64,000 bases of DNA from Alphaproteobacteria bacterium (GTDB lineage Bacteria > Pseudomonadota > Alphaproteobacteria > JAPOUT01 > G958296285): the NCBI GenBank assembly GCA_965212115.1, contig CBDBUR010000001.1:240596-304595 (forward strand), read 5' to 3'. Below, piece after piece: positions 18,006 to 27,131 of the stretch. A program made the position numbers and the translations under genes. Under the pieces are notes generated by a model that saw only the letters and a program-made list of their open reading frames with translations, searched no databases and had not been told where the DNA came from. How positions within the stretch are numbered: the first letter of the stretch is position 1; every line of letters starts with the position of its first letter.

Positions 18006-19523
18006 ATGGAAAGACGTGAATTTTTGAAATTGATGTCGGCGGGGGGGATTTTAGCAATTGCGGTGCCGGCCTGCGATTTATTTCCGAGCAGCAAGAATGC
18101 GGCGATCATCTCGGATTTGCCGAAGCTGGATACAATCGCGCAAGCGGCGCTCGTGCAAAAAGGAGAGCTGAGTGCCTCAGAACTGGTCGAGGCGGCGATT
18201 GATCGCATTGAGGCGGTGAATCCGAAGATCAATGCAGTGGTGACGAAGTCCTATGATTTTGCGCGCGCGCGCGTCAAACAGAGCAAAAAGGGCGGTCATT
18301 TTATGGGGAGGTTATGGTCTGCGCCTTATCTGATCAAAGACCTGACGGCCTATAAGGGGGTGCGCTGGACATCGGGGACGCGGCTGTTTAAGGATCGCAT
18401 CGCCAAGACCCAGACGCCCTTTGTTGATGATATTGAGAGAGCAGGTCTTGTTGTTCTCGGCAAGACGAACACGCCGGAATTCGGATTGATTTCATCAACG
18501 GAGTCTTTGGCGTTAGGGCCATGCCGGACGCCGTGGAATCTGGACCACTCGGCGGGCGGATCATCGGGCGGCGCGGCGGCGGCAGTTGCGGCGCGGATTG
18601 TTCCGTCGGCGCAGGCGAGCGATGGCGGTGGTTCGATCCGGCTGCCGGCGAATAATTGTGGTCTTGTTGGTCTCAAGCCCTCGCGCGGACGCTTTGGCGA
18701 TCAATATCCTGACAGCCCCAAGCCGCTTTGGGAGCTATCGATCGCGCATACGGTGAGCTGGTCGGTGCGTGATAGCGCGCTGCTCTTGGCGCTGACCGAA
18801 AAAGAGACGAAGGCGCTCAAGCCGGTGGGTTTTGTGAATACGCCGATCAATCGTCGGCTGAAGATTGCTGTGAGTCTGGAAAACGCCCAAGGCGATTTGC
18901 CTGATCCCGAAATTCGCAAGGCGGTTCAAAAAGCGATGAAGCTGCTGGAGCATTTGGGTCATAGGGTCATTCCCGTCAAGAGGTCTCCTTTATCTGATCC
19001 GGCGCTCATTGAAGATTTTTTAAATTATTGGGCTTCGGGCGCCGCCGCGACACGCGATGCTCTCGCCAAGCAGACCGGCAAAAACATGGATGATTGGCTT
19101 GAGCCATGGACATTATCGCTTGCGCGTCAATTTGACGCGCTCAAAGATAAACGAAAAGCGATTGGCAAAGCGGTCAACACATTCAAGCGAGTTCAGCGCT
19201 CGACGCGGCGTTTTTTGCGTCGCTATGATGTGTGGCTGTCGCCGGTGACGGGCTCGCTGCCGCCGAAGATCGGCGAGCAGGCGCCGACGGTGAATTTTGA
19301 AACGCTCAATGAGCGCGTGTCTTCTTTTGCGGCTTATACGCCTCTGCATAATGCGACGGGGACGCCCGCAATGTCGGTGCCGATGCACTGGACGTCGGAA
19401 GATTTACCGGTTGGCGTTCAATTAGCGGCGAATTTTGGCCGCGATGGTTTATTGCTTCAACTGGCTTACCAGATCGAAGCGGCGCAGCCTTGGGCGGATC
19501 GTCTGCCGAAAACTCACGCTTAA
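18006..19523 (+). CDS. Amidase-signature family hydrolase with a twin-arginine (Tat) signal peptide
   Basis: MERREFLKLMSAGGILAIAVPA carries the RREFLK Tat motif. The amidase signature GGSSGGAAAAVAA...SDGGGSIRLPA is present. Confidence 0.85.
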   Translation: MERREFLKLMSAGGILAIAVPACDLFPSSKNAAIISDLPKLDTIAQAALVQKGELSASELVEAAIDRIEAVNPKINAVVTKSYDFARARVKQSKKGGHFMGRLWSAPYLIKDLTAYKGVRWTSGTRLFKDRIAKTQTPFVDDIERAGLVVLGKTNTPEFGLISSTESLALGPCRTPWNLDHSAGGSSGGAAAAVAARIVPSAQASDGGGSIRLPANNCGLVGLKPSRGRFGDQYPDSPKPLWELSIAHTVSWSVRDSALLLALTEKETKALKPVGFVNTPINRRLKIAVSLENAQGDLPDPEIRKAVQKAMKLLEHLGHRVIPVKRSPLSDPALIEDFLNYWASGAAATRDALAKQTGKNMDDWLEPWTLSLARQFDALKDKRKAIGKAVNTFKRVQRSTRRFLRRYDVWLSPVTGSLPPKIGEQAPTVNFETLNERVSSFAAYTPLHNATGTPAMSVPMHWTSEDLPVGVQLAANFGRDGLLLQLAYQIEAAQPWADRLPKTHA

Positions 19524-19969
19524 TGCGTTTGGCGGCAGGGGATTTTTCTGCCCTGCCCGTTCGAGCGCGCGTGATGGGCTTAGACCCTGGTCGTCGCCGG
19601 ATCGGCGTTGCGATTTCAGATGGATTGAGGTCATCGGCTCTGCCGCTTTGTGTCATTGAGCGCAAACGTTTCGCCGACGATGTCGCGGTGTTTAAAAAGA
19701 TCATTGAAGAACACAAGATCGGCGCGATCATTTTAGGTTTGCCGTTGCGCATGGATGGCAGCGAGGGGCGTCGAGCTCAATCGGCGCGTGATTTTGGCCG
19801 CGCGCTTTATGAGGCGCTTGGTATTCCGCTTGCTTTTTGGGACGAGCGGCTTTCGACAAAGGCGGCGCAGCGCCGGACGACGCATAGTCAAAAGGCACGC
19901 GAGATGGTCGACGCGCTTGCGGCAGCGGATATTCTTCAGTCGGCGCTTGATCGCATGAATCAGGTGTGA
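19523..19969 (+). CDS. ruvX: Holliday junction resolvase-like protein RuvX/YqgF
   Basis: VMGLDPGRRRIGVAISD...IILGLPLRMDGSEG...FWDERLST is the YqgF signature. The ATG at 19523 overlaps the amidase stop (TAATG). A start at 19574 is also possible. Confidence 0.85.
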   Translation: MRLAAGDFSALPVRARVMGLDPGRRRIGVAISDGLRSSALPLCVIERKRFADDVAVFKKIIEEHKIGAIILGLPLRMDGSEGRRAQSARDFGRALYEALGIPLAFWDERLSTKAAQRRTTHSQKAREMVDALAAADILQSALDRMNQV

Positions 19970-20032
19970 GGCATAGAGGCATAGAAGCATAAATGACGTG
20001 TTAGAGTGGTTTTAGCCATTGGACGGGCGCCA

Positions 20033-20386
20033 TCAACGTAAGCTAGCCTCACGCCAAGCGCCGTTATAGAAGGTCCGACGGCGATGATCGGCTTTATTCC
20101 ATGCCGTCCAGCCAATTTGCGGTGCAAAGAAAACCCATCGCCGATCCCAGACAGCTAAATGATGCGCCTTCCCCTCCCAAGCGCCGCTGGGATTGTCGCC
20201 GATGATATAGACCTCGCCCTCTTCGGCGTCAGACGGCGGCGTGCTGCTGATCGCCTCGACCGCGAGCTGAACAAGCACATCGAGGATCTTGAGCCCCTCA
20301 TTGACGGTGATATGTTTTTGCGCCTGCCGTTCTTGAACGAGCGGCAGGTTGAGCGACGTTGTTTTAGATGATGTTGTTTCAGACAT
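20033..20386 (-). CDS. DUF2793 domain protein (GTA/phage tail-fibre-associated family)
   Basis: LNLPLVQERQAQKHITVNEGLKILDVLVQLAVE...EEGEVYII...GAWEGKAHHLAVWDRRWVFFAPQIGW matches my memory of the DUF2793 consensus (LPLLQPGQAQKHVTVNEAL..LDALVQL). It overlaps the g15 stop by 8 nt. Confidence 0.7.
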   Translation of the reverse strand: MSETTSSKTTSLNLPLVQERQAQKHITVNEGLKILDVLVQLAVEAISSTPPSDAEEGEVYIIGDNPSGAWEGKAHHLAVWDRRWVFFAPQIGWTAWNKADHRRRTFYNGAWREASLR

Positions 20387-23300
20387 TGATTGTTTCCTCT
20401 CTGGGTGATCCGCGCCCGAAGACGGCGCTGAGTTGATAGATACGCACGGAGATTTGGTTAAGTTGAGCTTCAAAATCTTGTTCCTGCTGCGCGGCGGTAT
20501 AAAGGACGCGCGGCGCGGCGGCGTCGAGCTGGCGAATAACTTTGCCTTGTTTGAGGATGTCTATTTGATAGGCTTCATATTCCTCACCAAGCGTGACATC
20601 TTGTTGTCCCCAGCCATCATTGACGACGCTGCGTGTGCGGCGGATCCAGTTAAGGGCAATGTCGCCATTGTCGAGGTGTTCAGCGCGGAGGTGGACGGGG
20701 CTCAGAGGTCGCAGGTTGATTCCGGTGTAGCGATATTCAAACGCGCGATAGGCGATGGAGCTATAGGGCTGCGATGCGGCGCCGACTCGCCAATGATAGG
20801 AGACATTGCGCTCGACGGGCGTGAAGTCGAGCTGGACGACATTGTTGCTCTCAAGCAGCACGAAGGGCGCATTGAGGCTGATGGGTTGTTTCATTTCTTG
20901 TTCGGTTCCGGCGAGTCCGCGCAGCAGGCCGGAGATTTGGTAATAGGTTGCGTTTGGATTGTCGCCGCGCGCGAGTTCGGCATTGCGAAATTGGATAATT
21001 TCCCAGCCGGTCTGATGTTTAATCGCGGCGTAATTGGCGCCGGCGAGGACATCTTCTGTTGAGCGCGAGCTCAATTCATTATCGAGCATTTGGACACGGA
21101 AGTTATTGACTTCATCCCAACATTCTTCGGGGCCGACAGCGAGAGGCGTTTCGATGACGCCGATTGTGGGCTGCGCGCTGATTGTTGCTTTGCGCTGCCA
21201 GCCATATTGACCATTGGTCGAGCGATAGACGGCGAAGAGGTCTGGACGCGGCTGAGCGTGGATGGCGACATGCGGCGCGAGGATTTCATCGCCGCGCAGA
21301 TGAGGCAGGTCCATCATCTCAACGAGCGGCGGGCCATAGACAGGCTGTGCGGCGATCGCCGGATGAACGGGCGATGGACGATCTGGCAGAGCGGTGGCGC
21401 GTGCGGTGATCAGTTTTTGTGTTGCGGTAGCGCGCTGCGCTGCTGACGCGGCGGGGACATTATTTTCTGCGGGCGCGAATCTGCCACGATAGATCGACGG
21501 CTCGACCGCCACAGCCTCGATGATGCGCGCGCCTTCATCGCGGATGGAGGTGATGCGCATATTGCGCCGCCGCCGATCGTTGCAAATGAAAGTGATGACA
21601 TCGCCGGGCTCGAGCGCGAGTCGCGAGGGCGGCAGGCGCAATTCGGCGCGTTCGCGCGCGATGAGGGTTTCGTGGAGCCAGCTCTGCGCCGCGGCGAGCG
21701 CTTCGGCCTGATTGGCGATGATCGGCAGGCGCGCCTCAGCGACATAAGAGCTCGTGCCGGTGAGGCGGCGCGCTTCGGCGACGGCCTGCTGATAATTGCT
21801 ACTGTGAAGGATATAGACGAGCTTGACCGCTTGAGGCAATTCGGTTTCCTGCGCGCGGGTCAATTGATAGCCCGGTTCGCCTTCTTCAGTGATGACGCAT
21901 TCATCGGCGGTGATTTCGGCGACGGGTTTTTTATCGCGGTGAATGAAGTGGATTTTTCCGTTGCGTTCCACGGCGTCAAAGAAGAAGAATCGCATCAGCG
22001 CCTCGAGCACATCGCGCGCCGAGCTGATGCGATCGATGCGAAAGCCTTTGAGGCTAAAGCGCAAATCGCTGTCGTCATAATCGGCGAAATTGCGGCCTGC
22101 CATGATCTGCGCGACGGTGTCGGGCACCGAAGAGAAGGTGGCGCGTCCTGTGATCCAATGTCCTTGCGCCCAATTGACGCCGTCGCTCCAGACATCGAGC
22201 TGCTCTGGAAAATAAGGATAGGGTCGCGCATCCCAGCACCAGATAAACATATGATCTGGATCAATCATGCGGGTATTGTCGATTTTGGCGTTGAAATCGT
22301 CGAGATGGGCGGGATGTCCGGGATCAAAAGCCGTGAGCACGGCTTCGAGGTAGCGATTTTGCATAAAGTCATCGCGCGCGCCGGAAGAATAATATGGCAG
22401 ACCGGCAGAGCTCGAACTGAGCGAGCTCCGATCGATAAAAACATTGGGCTGGTTGGCGCTTTTATCGGCGGCGGCACAGCCGGTTTCGGTGAACCAGATT
22501 GGTTTCATGCCGGGTCTCCAAGCAGTGGGGTCTGTTTCTTCTTGGCCGTTGGAGCGATTATAATGGAAATTTTTCCACCACGAGCTGATATCTTTCCATC
22601 GATAGACCCACGGCTTGTTGAGGCCATCGGTGATGGGTGTGCGGATTTGCTGATCGCGCTCTGTTTTATTTTTGTAATACCACTCATAGCCTTCGCCGGC
22701 AGCGATATTGCCTCTGAGGTAATTGAGATCATAGATCGAGGCGGCGCGCCCTTGGCTTTCATCTATGTTGGGGGCGCGATCGCGCCAGTCGGCGAGCGGC
22801 ATATAATAATCGATGCCGACGAAATCGATAGCCTCATGCGCCCACAATGGATCAAGATGAAAATAGAATCTACCATCGCCTAGGTCATGGCCGCGATATT
22901 CATCCCAGTTAGCGCCGTAGGATATTTTTGTTGTCGGCAAAACCTGTTTCACATCTGCGGCAAGTTCGATTAATTTCTCGACCACAGGGTAAAAGCCTCG
23001 CACAGAATAAGATCGTGTGATGCCTCCCAATTCACTGCCGACCAAAAAGGCATCGACACCCCCCGCCAGCTTGCACAAGTATGCGTAATGCAGAATAAAT
23101 CGCCGCATCCCCCAAAGGCTTCGAGAACCGAAATAATTAACAAAATTATCGCGTATATCAAATTCGTGAACTTGGGTTTGGCCAAAGAAATTGGTCGCTT
23201 CGCCTATTACAAAAGGCGATTCATTTTCATTTCTTGGCCTAATTTCACCGCGCCACAGATAATTGGGTGGAACATCCACCATAATAAAAGGATGAAACAT

Positions 23301-24335
23301 CACGCGATAGCCGCGTCTTTTTAAATCTCTAATTGCCGCAACGACAGAAAGATCAGCCGGTGTGCCTCCAAAAGCAGGTCGGCCTTCAACATAAGTCACG
23401 CGCGACACTTGAGAGTCGCCGCGGCTTAATGGCCCTATAGACCATTGATTAGGAACATTTTGTCTTTCTTTGATAATCACTTTAGGTCTGATTTTGCAAC
23501 GCCCCATATAGATACTCGTGGCAAACCACGCCACGACGAGCGACACCGATTCACAATTGGGGCAAACTTCTTCGAGCTGATCGAGTGAAGCAGTCCAATC
23601 TGTTTTGCCGAGGTCATTATTTTTATTTTCAGTCAAATGAGTGCTGAGGCCGGTTGAGCGCAGATGCTCAACGGGATGATAGCCGAACTCGGTGGCGCCC
23701 GGGATGATCGTGATAGCGCGCACGCGATCCATCGTCTTGACGGCATTGCGCGTGATTCCAAATGAAAACTGCGGCAGACGATTGCCAAACAAAGACAGAT
23801 CAAGATTTTCAAACACCACATAGGCCAGTCCGCGATAAGCGGGCGCGAAGCCTTCTATGCGCTCGATGAGCGGATCAGGCTGCTGGTCTTGCGTTCCTTG
23901 ATAAAAACGCCATGTCCCGCGAGATCTTGCAAACTTTTGCCCGTCGGCCCAAATATGCTGTAAGGCATCTATTTTTCCCTGCCCCAAGCCGATCGCCAAT
24001 GAGACGGTATAATAACTTTCAGAGGCGGCCTGTCCGCCGCCTTTGCCCTGACCTGAAGAGCCTTCATGTTTTTGAAAAGGAGTTGCCCAGATGATCTGTC
24101 CTGCGGTGCGGATTGTGCCGAACGCTTCAAGGATGGGCGCGCCTTCGGTCGAGGTCTGGATATGGATGTCGCCTGGTGCGGCTGTCTGCGGCGCGCGCTC
24201 GGAGGGCGCATGGAGCGCGCCATCGATCTGATTGCCCGCCAGCGCGCCGAGCGACTGGCCAAGCGCCGCGCCCACAGGGCCGCCGACAAAAGCGCCTGCG
24301 GCGCTGCCGATCGTGGAAAAAATAATTGTTGCCAT
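20379..24335 (-). CDS. GTA g15-like host-specificity/baseplate protein with a glycoside-hydrolase TIM-barrel-like domain
   Basis: About 1318 aa from MATIIFSTIGSAAGAFVGGPVGAALG (glycine-zipper N-terminus). Large size and terminal position match RcGTA g15. The track ORF begins 90 nt further upstream, at 24425. Confidence 0.85.
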   Translation of the reverse strand: MATIIFSTIGSAAGAFVGGPVGAALGQSLGALAGNQIDGALHAPSERAPQTAAPGDIHIQTSTEGAPILEAFGTIRTAGQIIWATPFQKHEGSSGQGKGGGQAASESYYTVSLAIGLGQGKIDALQHIWADGQKFARSRGTWRFYQGTQDQQPDPLIERIEGFAPAYRGLAYVVFENLDLSLFGNRLPQFSFGITRNAVKTMDRVRAITIIPGATEFGYHPVEHLRSTGLSTHLTENKNNDLGKTDWTASLDQLEEVCPNCESVSLVVAWFATSIYMGRCKIRPKVIIKERQNVPNQWSIGPLSRGDSQVSRVTYVEGRPAFGGTPADLSVVAAIRDLKRRGYRVMFHPFIMVDVPPNYLWRGEIRPRNENESPFVIGEATNFFGQTQVHEFDIRDNFVNYFGSRSLWGMRRFILHYAYLCKLAGGVDAFLVGSELGGITRSYSVRGFYPVVEKLIELAADVKQVLPTTKISYGANWDEYRGHDLGDGRFYFHLDPLWAHEAIDFVGIDYYMPLADWRDRAPNIDESQGRAASIYDLNYLRGNIAAGEGYEWYYKNKTERDQQIRTPITDGLNKPWVYRWKDISSWWKNFHYNRSNGQEETDPTAWRPGMKPIWFTETGCAAADKSANQPNVFIDRSSLSSSSAGLPYYSSGARDDFMQNRYLEAVLTAFDPGHPAHLDDFNAKIDNTRMIDPDHMFIWCWDARPYPYFPEQLDVWSDGVNWAQGHWITGRATFSSVPDTVAQIMAGRNFADYDDSDLRFSLKGFRIDRISSARDVLEALMRFFFFDAVERNGKIHFIHRDKKPVAEITADECVITEEGEPGYQLTRAQETELPQAVKLVYILHSSNYQQAVAEARRLTGTSSYVAEARLPIIANQAEALAAAQSWLHETLIARERAELRLPPSRLALEPGDVITFICNDRRRRNMRITSIRDEGARIIEAVAVEPSIYRGRFAPAENNVPAASAAQRATATQKLITARATALPDRPSPVHPAIAAQPVYGPPLVEMMDLPHLRGDEILAPHVAIHAQPRPDLFAVYRSTNGQYGWQRKATISAQPTIGVIETPLAVGPEECWDEVNNFRVQMLDNELSSRSTEDVLAGANYAAIKHQTGWEIIQFRNAELARGDNPNATYYQISGLLRGLAGTEQEMKQPISLNAPFVLLESNNVVQLDFTPVERNVSYHWRVGAASQPYSSIAYRAFEYRYTGINLRPLSPVHLRAEHLDNGDIALNWIRRTRSVVNDGWGQQDVTLGEEYEAYQIDILKQGKVIRQLDAAAPRVLYTAAQQEQDFEAQLNQISVRIYQLSAVFGRGSPREETINV

Positions 24336-24339
24336 AATT

Positions 24340-24789
24340 CTATCGCCTTTCTTTTTCAGGGAAACAAAAAGCGTGCGTGATCCGGCGTGTCCACCAGCGA
24401 CCCATATGCGATTCACAGACATCATGGCCGCTATAGGCGTGAATCATGCGCTCGGCCTCAGACAAAAACGCGCAATGTTTGATCGGACCATGAGCAAAAA
24501 CGCGAAACAAAACGACATCCCCTGCCGCGCGAGCGCCGAGCGCACAAGGCTGTAGATAAAGCCGCGCGGCCTCAAGCAAGAGCTCCGGGAAGTCTCCGTT
24601 GCGATCGGGGGTTTCACCCCAATCAGGCGTATAAGGCGGAGGCTTGGGCGCATCGCCGTAAATCTCACGATAGACTCCGCGCAGCAGGCCTAAGCAATCG
24701 GCGCCGACAAGTTTCATCGACGCATTATGACGATAGGGTGTGCCAATCCATGAGCGCGCCTGCACAATGATTTCCTGTCTCAAACTCAT
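24340..24789 (-). CDS. GTA g14-like NlpC/P60 cell-wall peptidase
   Basis: GTPYRHNASMKLVGADCLGLLRGVY (catalytic Cys context) and a downstream His. Its position between g13 and g15 fits. Confidence 0.85.
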   Translation of the reverse strand: MSLRQEIIVQARSWIGTPYRHNASMKLVGADCLGLLRGVYREIYGDAPKPPPYTPDWGETPDRNGDFPELLLEAARLYLQPCALGARAAGDVVLFRVFAHGPIKHCAFLSEAERMIHAYSGHDVCESHMGRWWTRRITHAFCFPEKERR

Positions 24790-25664
24790 CGGGGTCTCGG
24801 ATAATTCTGAATAAAATCATTGCCGGGAATATGCGGAAAACCTTGAAAATTCTTATGATTTTTGAATCTCGTGCGGCAAATGGCGAAAGTTTTATTACAG
24901 CCGGGCTGCGCAATGAATTGATCGCCAACCGCAATGGGCTGCGGCGCTGTGTGCCAGAGCTCTATCGTTGCTGCGTCGCTCTGTTTGATATGATCGCGGA
25001 TATCAAAACTTTGACCCTCATTGTCTCCGGAGACAAAAGTCAGCTTGCCACCAGCGAGCCAGCCTCCTTCAAGATTGGCGACCTGATCGCGCGCGGTGAT
25101 CACGCGATAATTGTCATCTGTCGAAGCCACGCGCGCAGCACGGCGATAGCTAGATAAATTCACGCCACACCGCCGATCGCCGAGGTCAGCATCACAAAGA
25201 TGCTGGTAAAGTCGCCCCGACGGATGAGAAAGCCGATCGGCCAAGCCGCGCAGTTCGGCGGTGAAACCCCACGCGGTGCGCTTGATCTCGCCGAGATGAC
25301 CTTTGCGCATCAAAACCTTCTGCGACACATCACGCCAGTTGACGCGATAGATTTCCACCTCCGCATCATCATAGAGGCCTTTGGCGATTGCCTCTTCATC
25401 GAGCTTGCCCGACGATAAAGCGCCTTCAACTTCGAGATTGTCGATTTTAAGACCGAGTCCGCTTTCGATGGCGCTCGCGGTGAAGCCGCTAGCGGCCTCG
25501 AAGGTGATGCCATCAAAGACGAGCGGCTCGTCATGGTCAGTGAAGCCGCTGACCTGAGGCCGCAGCGCCGAAGCGCCTGTGCTGCGTGTGAGCTTCCAGC
25601 AATAACACAGGCTCGTCACGCCGCGTGCGAGCATATCGGCCATATTATGGTTCAGCTTTCTCAC
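24786..25664 (-). CDS. GTA g13-like tail hub protein (DUF2163 / BR0599-type C-terminus)
   Basis: 292 aa, LCYCWKLTRSTGASAL...GFTDHDEPLVFDGITFEA, C-terminal CNKTFAICRTRFKNHKNFQGFPHIPG. This is the characteristic DUF2163 plus phage BR0599 pattern. Confidence 0.85.
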   Translation of the reverse strand: MRKLNHNMADMLARGVTSLCYCWKLTRSTGASALRPQVSGFTDHDEPLVFDGITFEAASGFTASAIESGLGLKIDNLEVEGALSSGKLDEEAIAKGLYDDAEVEIYRVNWRDVSQKVLMRKGHLGEIKRTAWGFTAELRGLADRLSHPSGRLYQHLCDADLGDRRCGVNLSSYRRAARVASTDDNYRVITARDQVANLEGGWLAGGKLTFVSGDNEGQSFDIRDHIKQSDAATIELWHTAPQPIAVGDQFIAQPGCNKTFAICRTRFKNHKNFQGFPHIPGNDFIQNYPRPR

Positions 25665-26317
25665 AGCCTGATCTCGACAAGAGGGATTTCGGGAATCTGA
25701 CCGGCTTGAAAAGCGGCGAGATCAATTTCGAGATAGTCGGCATCAAAGCGCACGGGCACATCGAACTCAAAACCTGCGGTGATTTGGGCTCCCGGCGCGG
25801 GAATATAGGGATCGGCAAAGCTGACTTTGCCTGTTGTGGGATCGACTGTGAAATGCGCTTGTTCGGTCCGCGCGAGGCCATTGACCGCAATTTTGATGCT
25901 TCCCGCAACCGGCTTTGTGATGAGGCGCTCCCATTTTGAATCTTCTATCAACATATCTGCGACCGATCGATAGGTTTTGACAAGCTGGAAATCTTTTTGA
26001 CTTCCATTGCCGGTGCCGATCATTTGATCGAGCATCGATGGCCGCTTCAACGGCGCGCATGACTTCCAATCTATCGGGTCACGCCAGCGAAACCCGTAGA
26101 GACGACCGCGGCGACATTCAAAAAAATGAATGATCGCGTGGATGTCATCGAGCGAGCGGATGCCATAGCCGGCATTATAGCGCCGCCGCGACGAGCGCCA
26201 TTGTGTGTTGCGCTCTTCGTAGCCGGAGGCGAGCGTAATGACATCAGTGCGGCGCTCCGGCCCGCCCGATGAGCCCAGTGAAATATCCACTGGGAATCGA
26301 ATATCGTGAAAGCTCAT
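25661..26317 (-). CDS. GTA g12-like distal tail protein (DUF2460)
   Basis: MSFHDIRFPVDISLGSSGGPERRTDVITLASGYEERNTQW is the conserved DUF2460/TIGR02217 N-terminus. Confidence 0.88.
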   Translation of the reverse strand: MSFHDIRFPVDISLGSSGGPERRTDVITLASGYEERNTQWRSSRRRYNAGYGIRSLDDIHAIIHFFECRRGRLYGFRWRDPIDWKSCAPLKRPSMLDQMIGTGNGSQKDFQLVKTYRSVADMLIEDSKWERLITKPVAGSIKIAVNGLARTEQAHFTVDPTTGKVSFADPYIPAPGAQITAGFEFDVPVRFDADYLEIDLAAFQAGQIPEIPLVEIRL

Positions 26318-26325
26318 TTTTATTT

Positions 26326-26913
26326 TTATGAATTGCGCTGTCCGCGCATGACAGTGCGGCGCAGCATTCCGGCGATCTGTGTTTGGGTACGGCGAAAGCT
26401 CTGAACATCGGGCGTCGTGATATTGACGTTGATATGCATGTTCGCGCCGCCTGAACTTTGCGCGCGCACACCTAATCTTCCATCGACGCCGCGCGCAAGG
26501 GGCAGGATTGCCTCAGGGCCTGCCTCTCCGGCGAGGCCGACCCCGCGTCGCAGAGGAAAAAGCGCCGGACCATTCAGCACGCCGCCGCGCGCAAAAGGCA
26601 AAATCGATGATGCGATATTGCCATGAGGAAGCGCGCTCAGCGCATTCTTGAGCAAATCAGCGCCGAACTTCCTCAGCACCGTTTTGAACGAATCGCCTTT
26701 GACGATCAAGCTTTCTAAAGCGCCATCAAAACTTCGACCGGCGCGCTTGGCAAAATCTTGAAATTGCTTGTCAAAGACCTCGCCGAAATCTTTTTTTTCA
26801 ACCTCTTTGATTTTTCTGCCTGCCGATTGAGCGCTCTTTTTTGCTTGATCGCTCGCAGCGCGCAGAGAGGCAAGGTCTTTCTTGATCTGCTGAATGTCAT
26901 TTTCAGTTGGCAT
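26326..26913 (-). CDS. GTA g11-like short tape-measure protein
   Basis: 195 aa, with a coiled-coil N-terminus and a glycine-rich C-terminus. It follows the chaperone pair, as in RcGTA. Confidence 0.8.
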   Translation of the reverse strand: MPTENDIQQIKKDLASLRAASDQAKKSAQSAGRKIKEVEKKDFGEVFDKQFQDFAKRAGRSFDGALESLIVKGDSFKTVLRKFGADLLKNALSALPHGNIASSILPFARGGVLNGPALFPLRRGVGLAGEAGPEAILPLARGVDGRLGVRAQSSGGANMHINVNITTPDVQSFRRTQTQIAGMLRRTVMRGQRNS

Positions 26914-26930
26914 ATATTTTCCTGTTCGTT

Positions 26931-27131
26931 TTAATGATCGGAATGGTTTTTGATCATTTGTTCAAGTTTGGCGCGTGTGAATCTTTCGGCGTTTTGCGGC
27001 GACAGGCCCATAGCGGTCAAGAATTCAAAGGCGGTCATTGCCCAGAAATCTTTGGGCGCGAGCTTTAACTCGCCTAACCCTAAAGCGATGAGCTGTCGCC
27101 AGGGGAAGGCTCTGTCTTGATGAGCTTTCCC
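26931..27131 (-). CDS. GTA g10.1-like tail assembly chaperone extension (rcc01693-family motif). It has no start codon of its own and is predicted to be reached by a -1 frameshift from g10.
   Basis: My own translation of the -1 frame is AHQDRAFPWRQLIALGLGELKLAPKDFWAMTAFEFLTAMGLSPQNAERFTRAKLEQMIKNHSDH*. The frame opens exactly after an in-frame TGA (27132-27134) at the heptamer GGGAAAG (27125-27131). There is no ATG/GTG/TTG before the late internal Met. Confidence 0.7.
   Translation of the reverse strand, partial: GKAHQDRAFPWRQLIALGLGELKLAPKDFWAMTAFEFLTAMGLSPQNAERFTRAKLEQMIKNHSDH

Noticed and set aside
21672-22883. 403-aa plus-strand ORF inside the GTA region. The same applies to 20433..21062 and 13151..14200.
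   Set aside because: They are antisense to g15 (or to the GST and H1-like genes). The GTA cluster is strictly unidirectional and these frames have no motifs.
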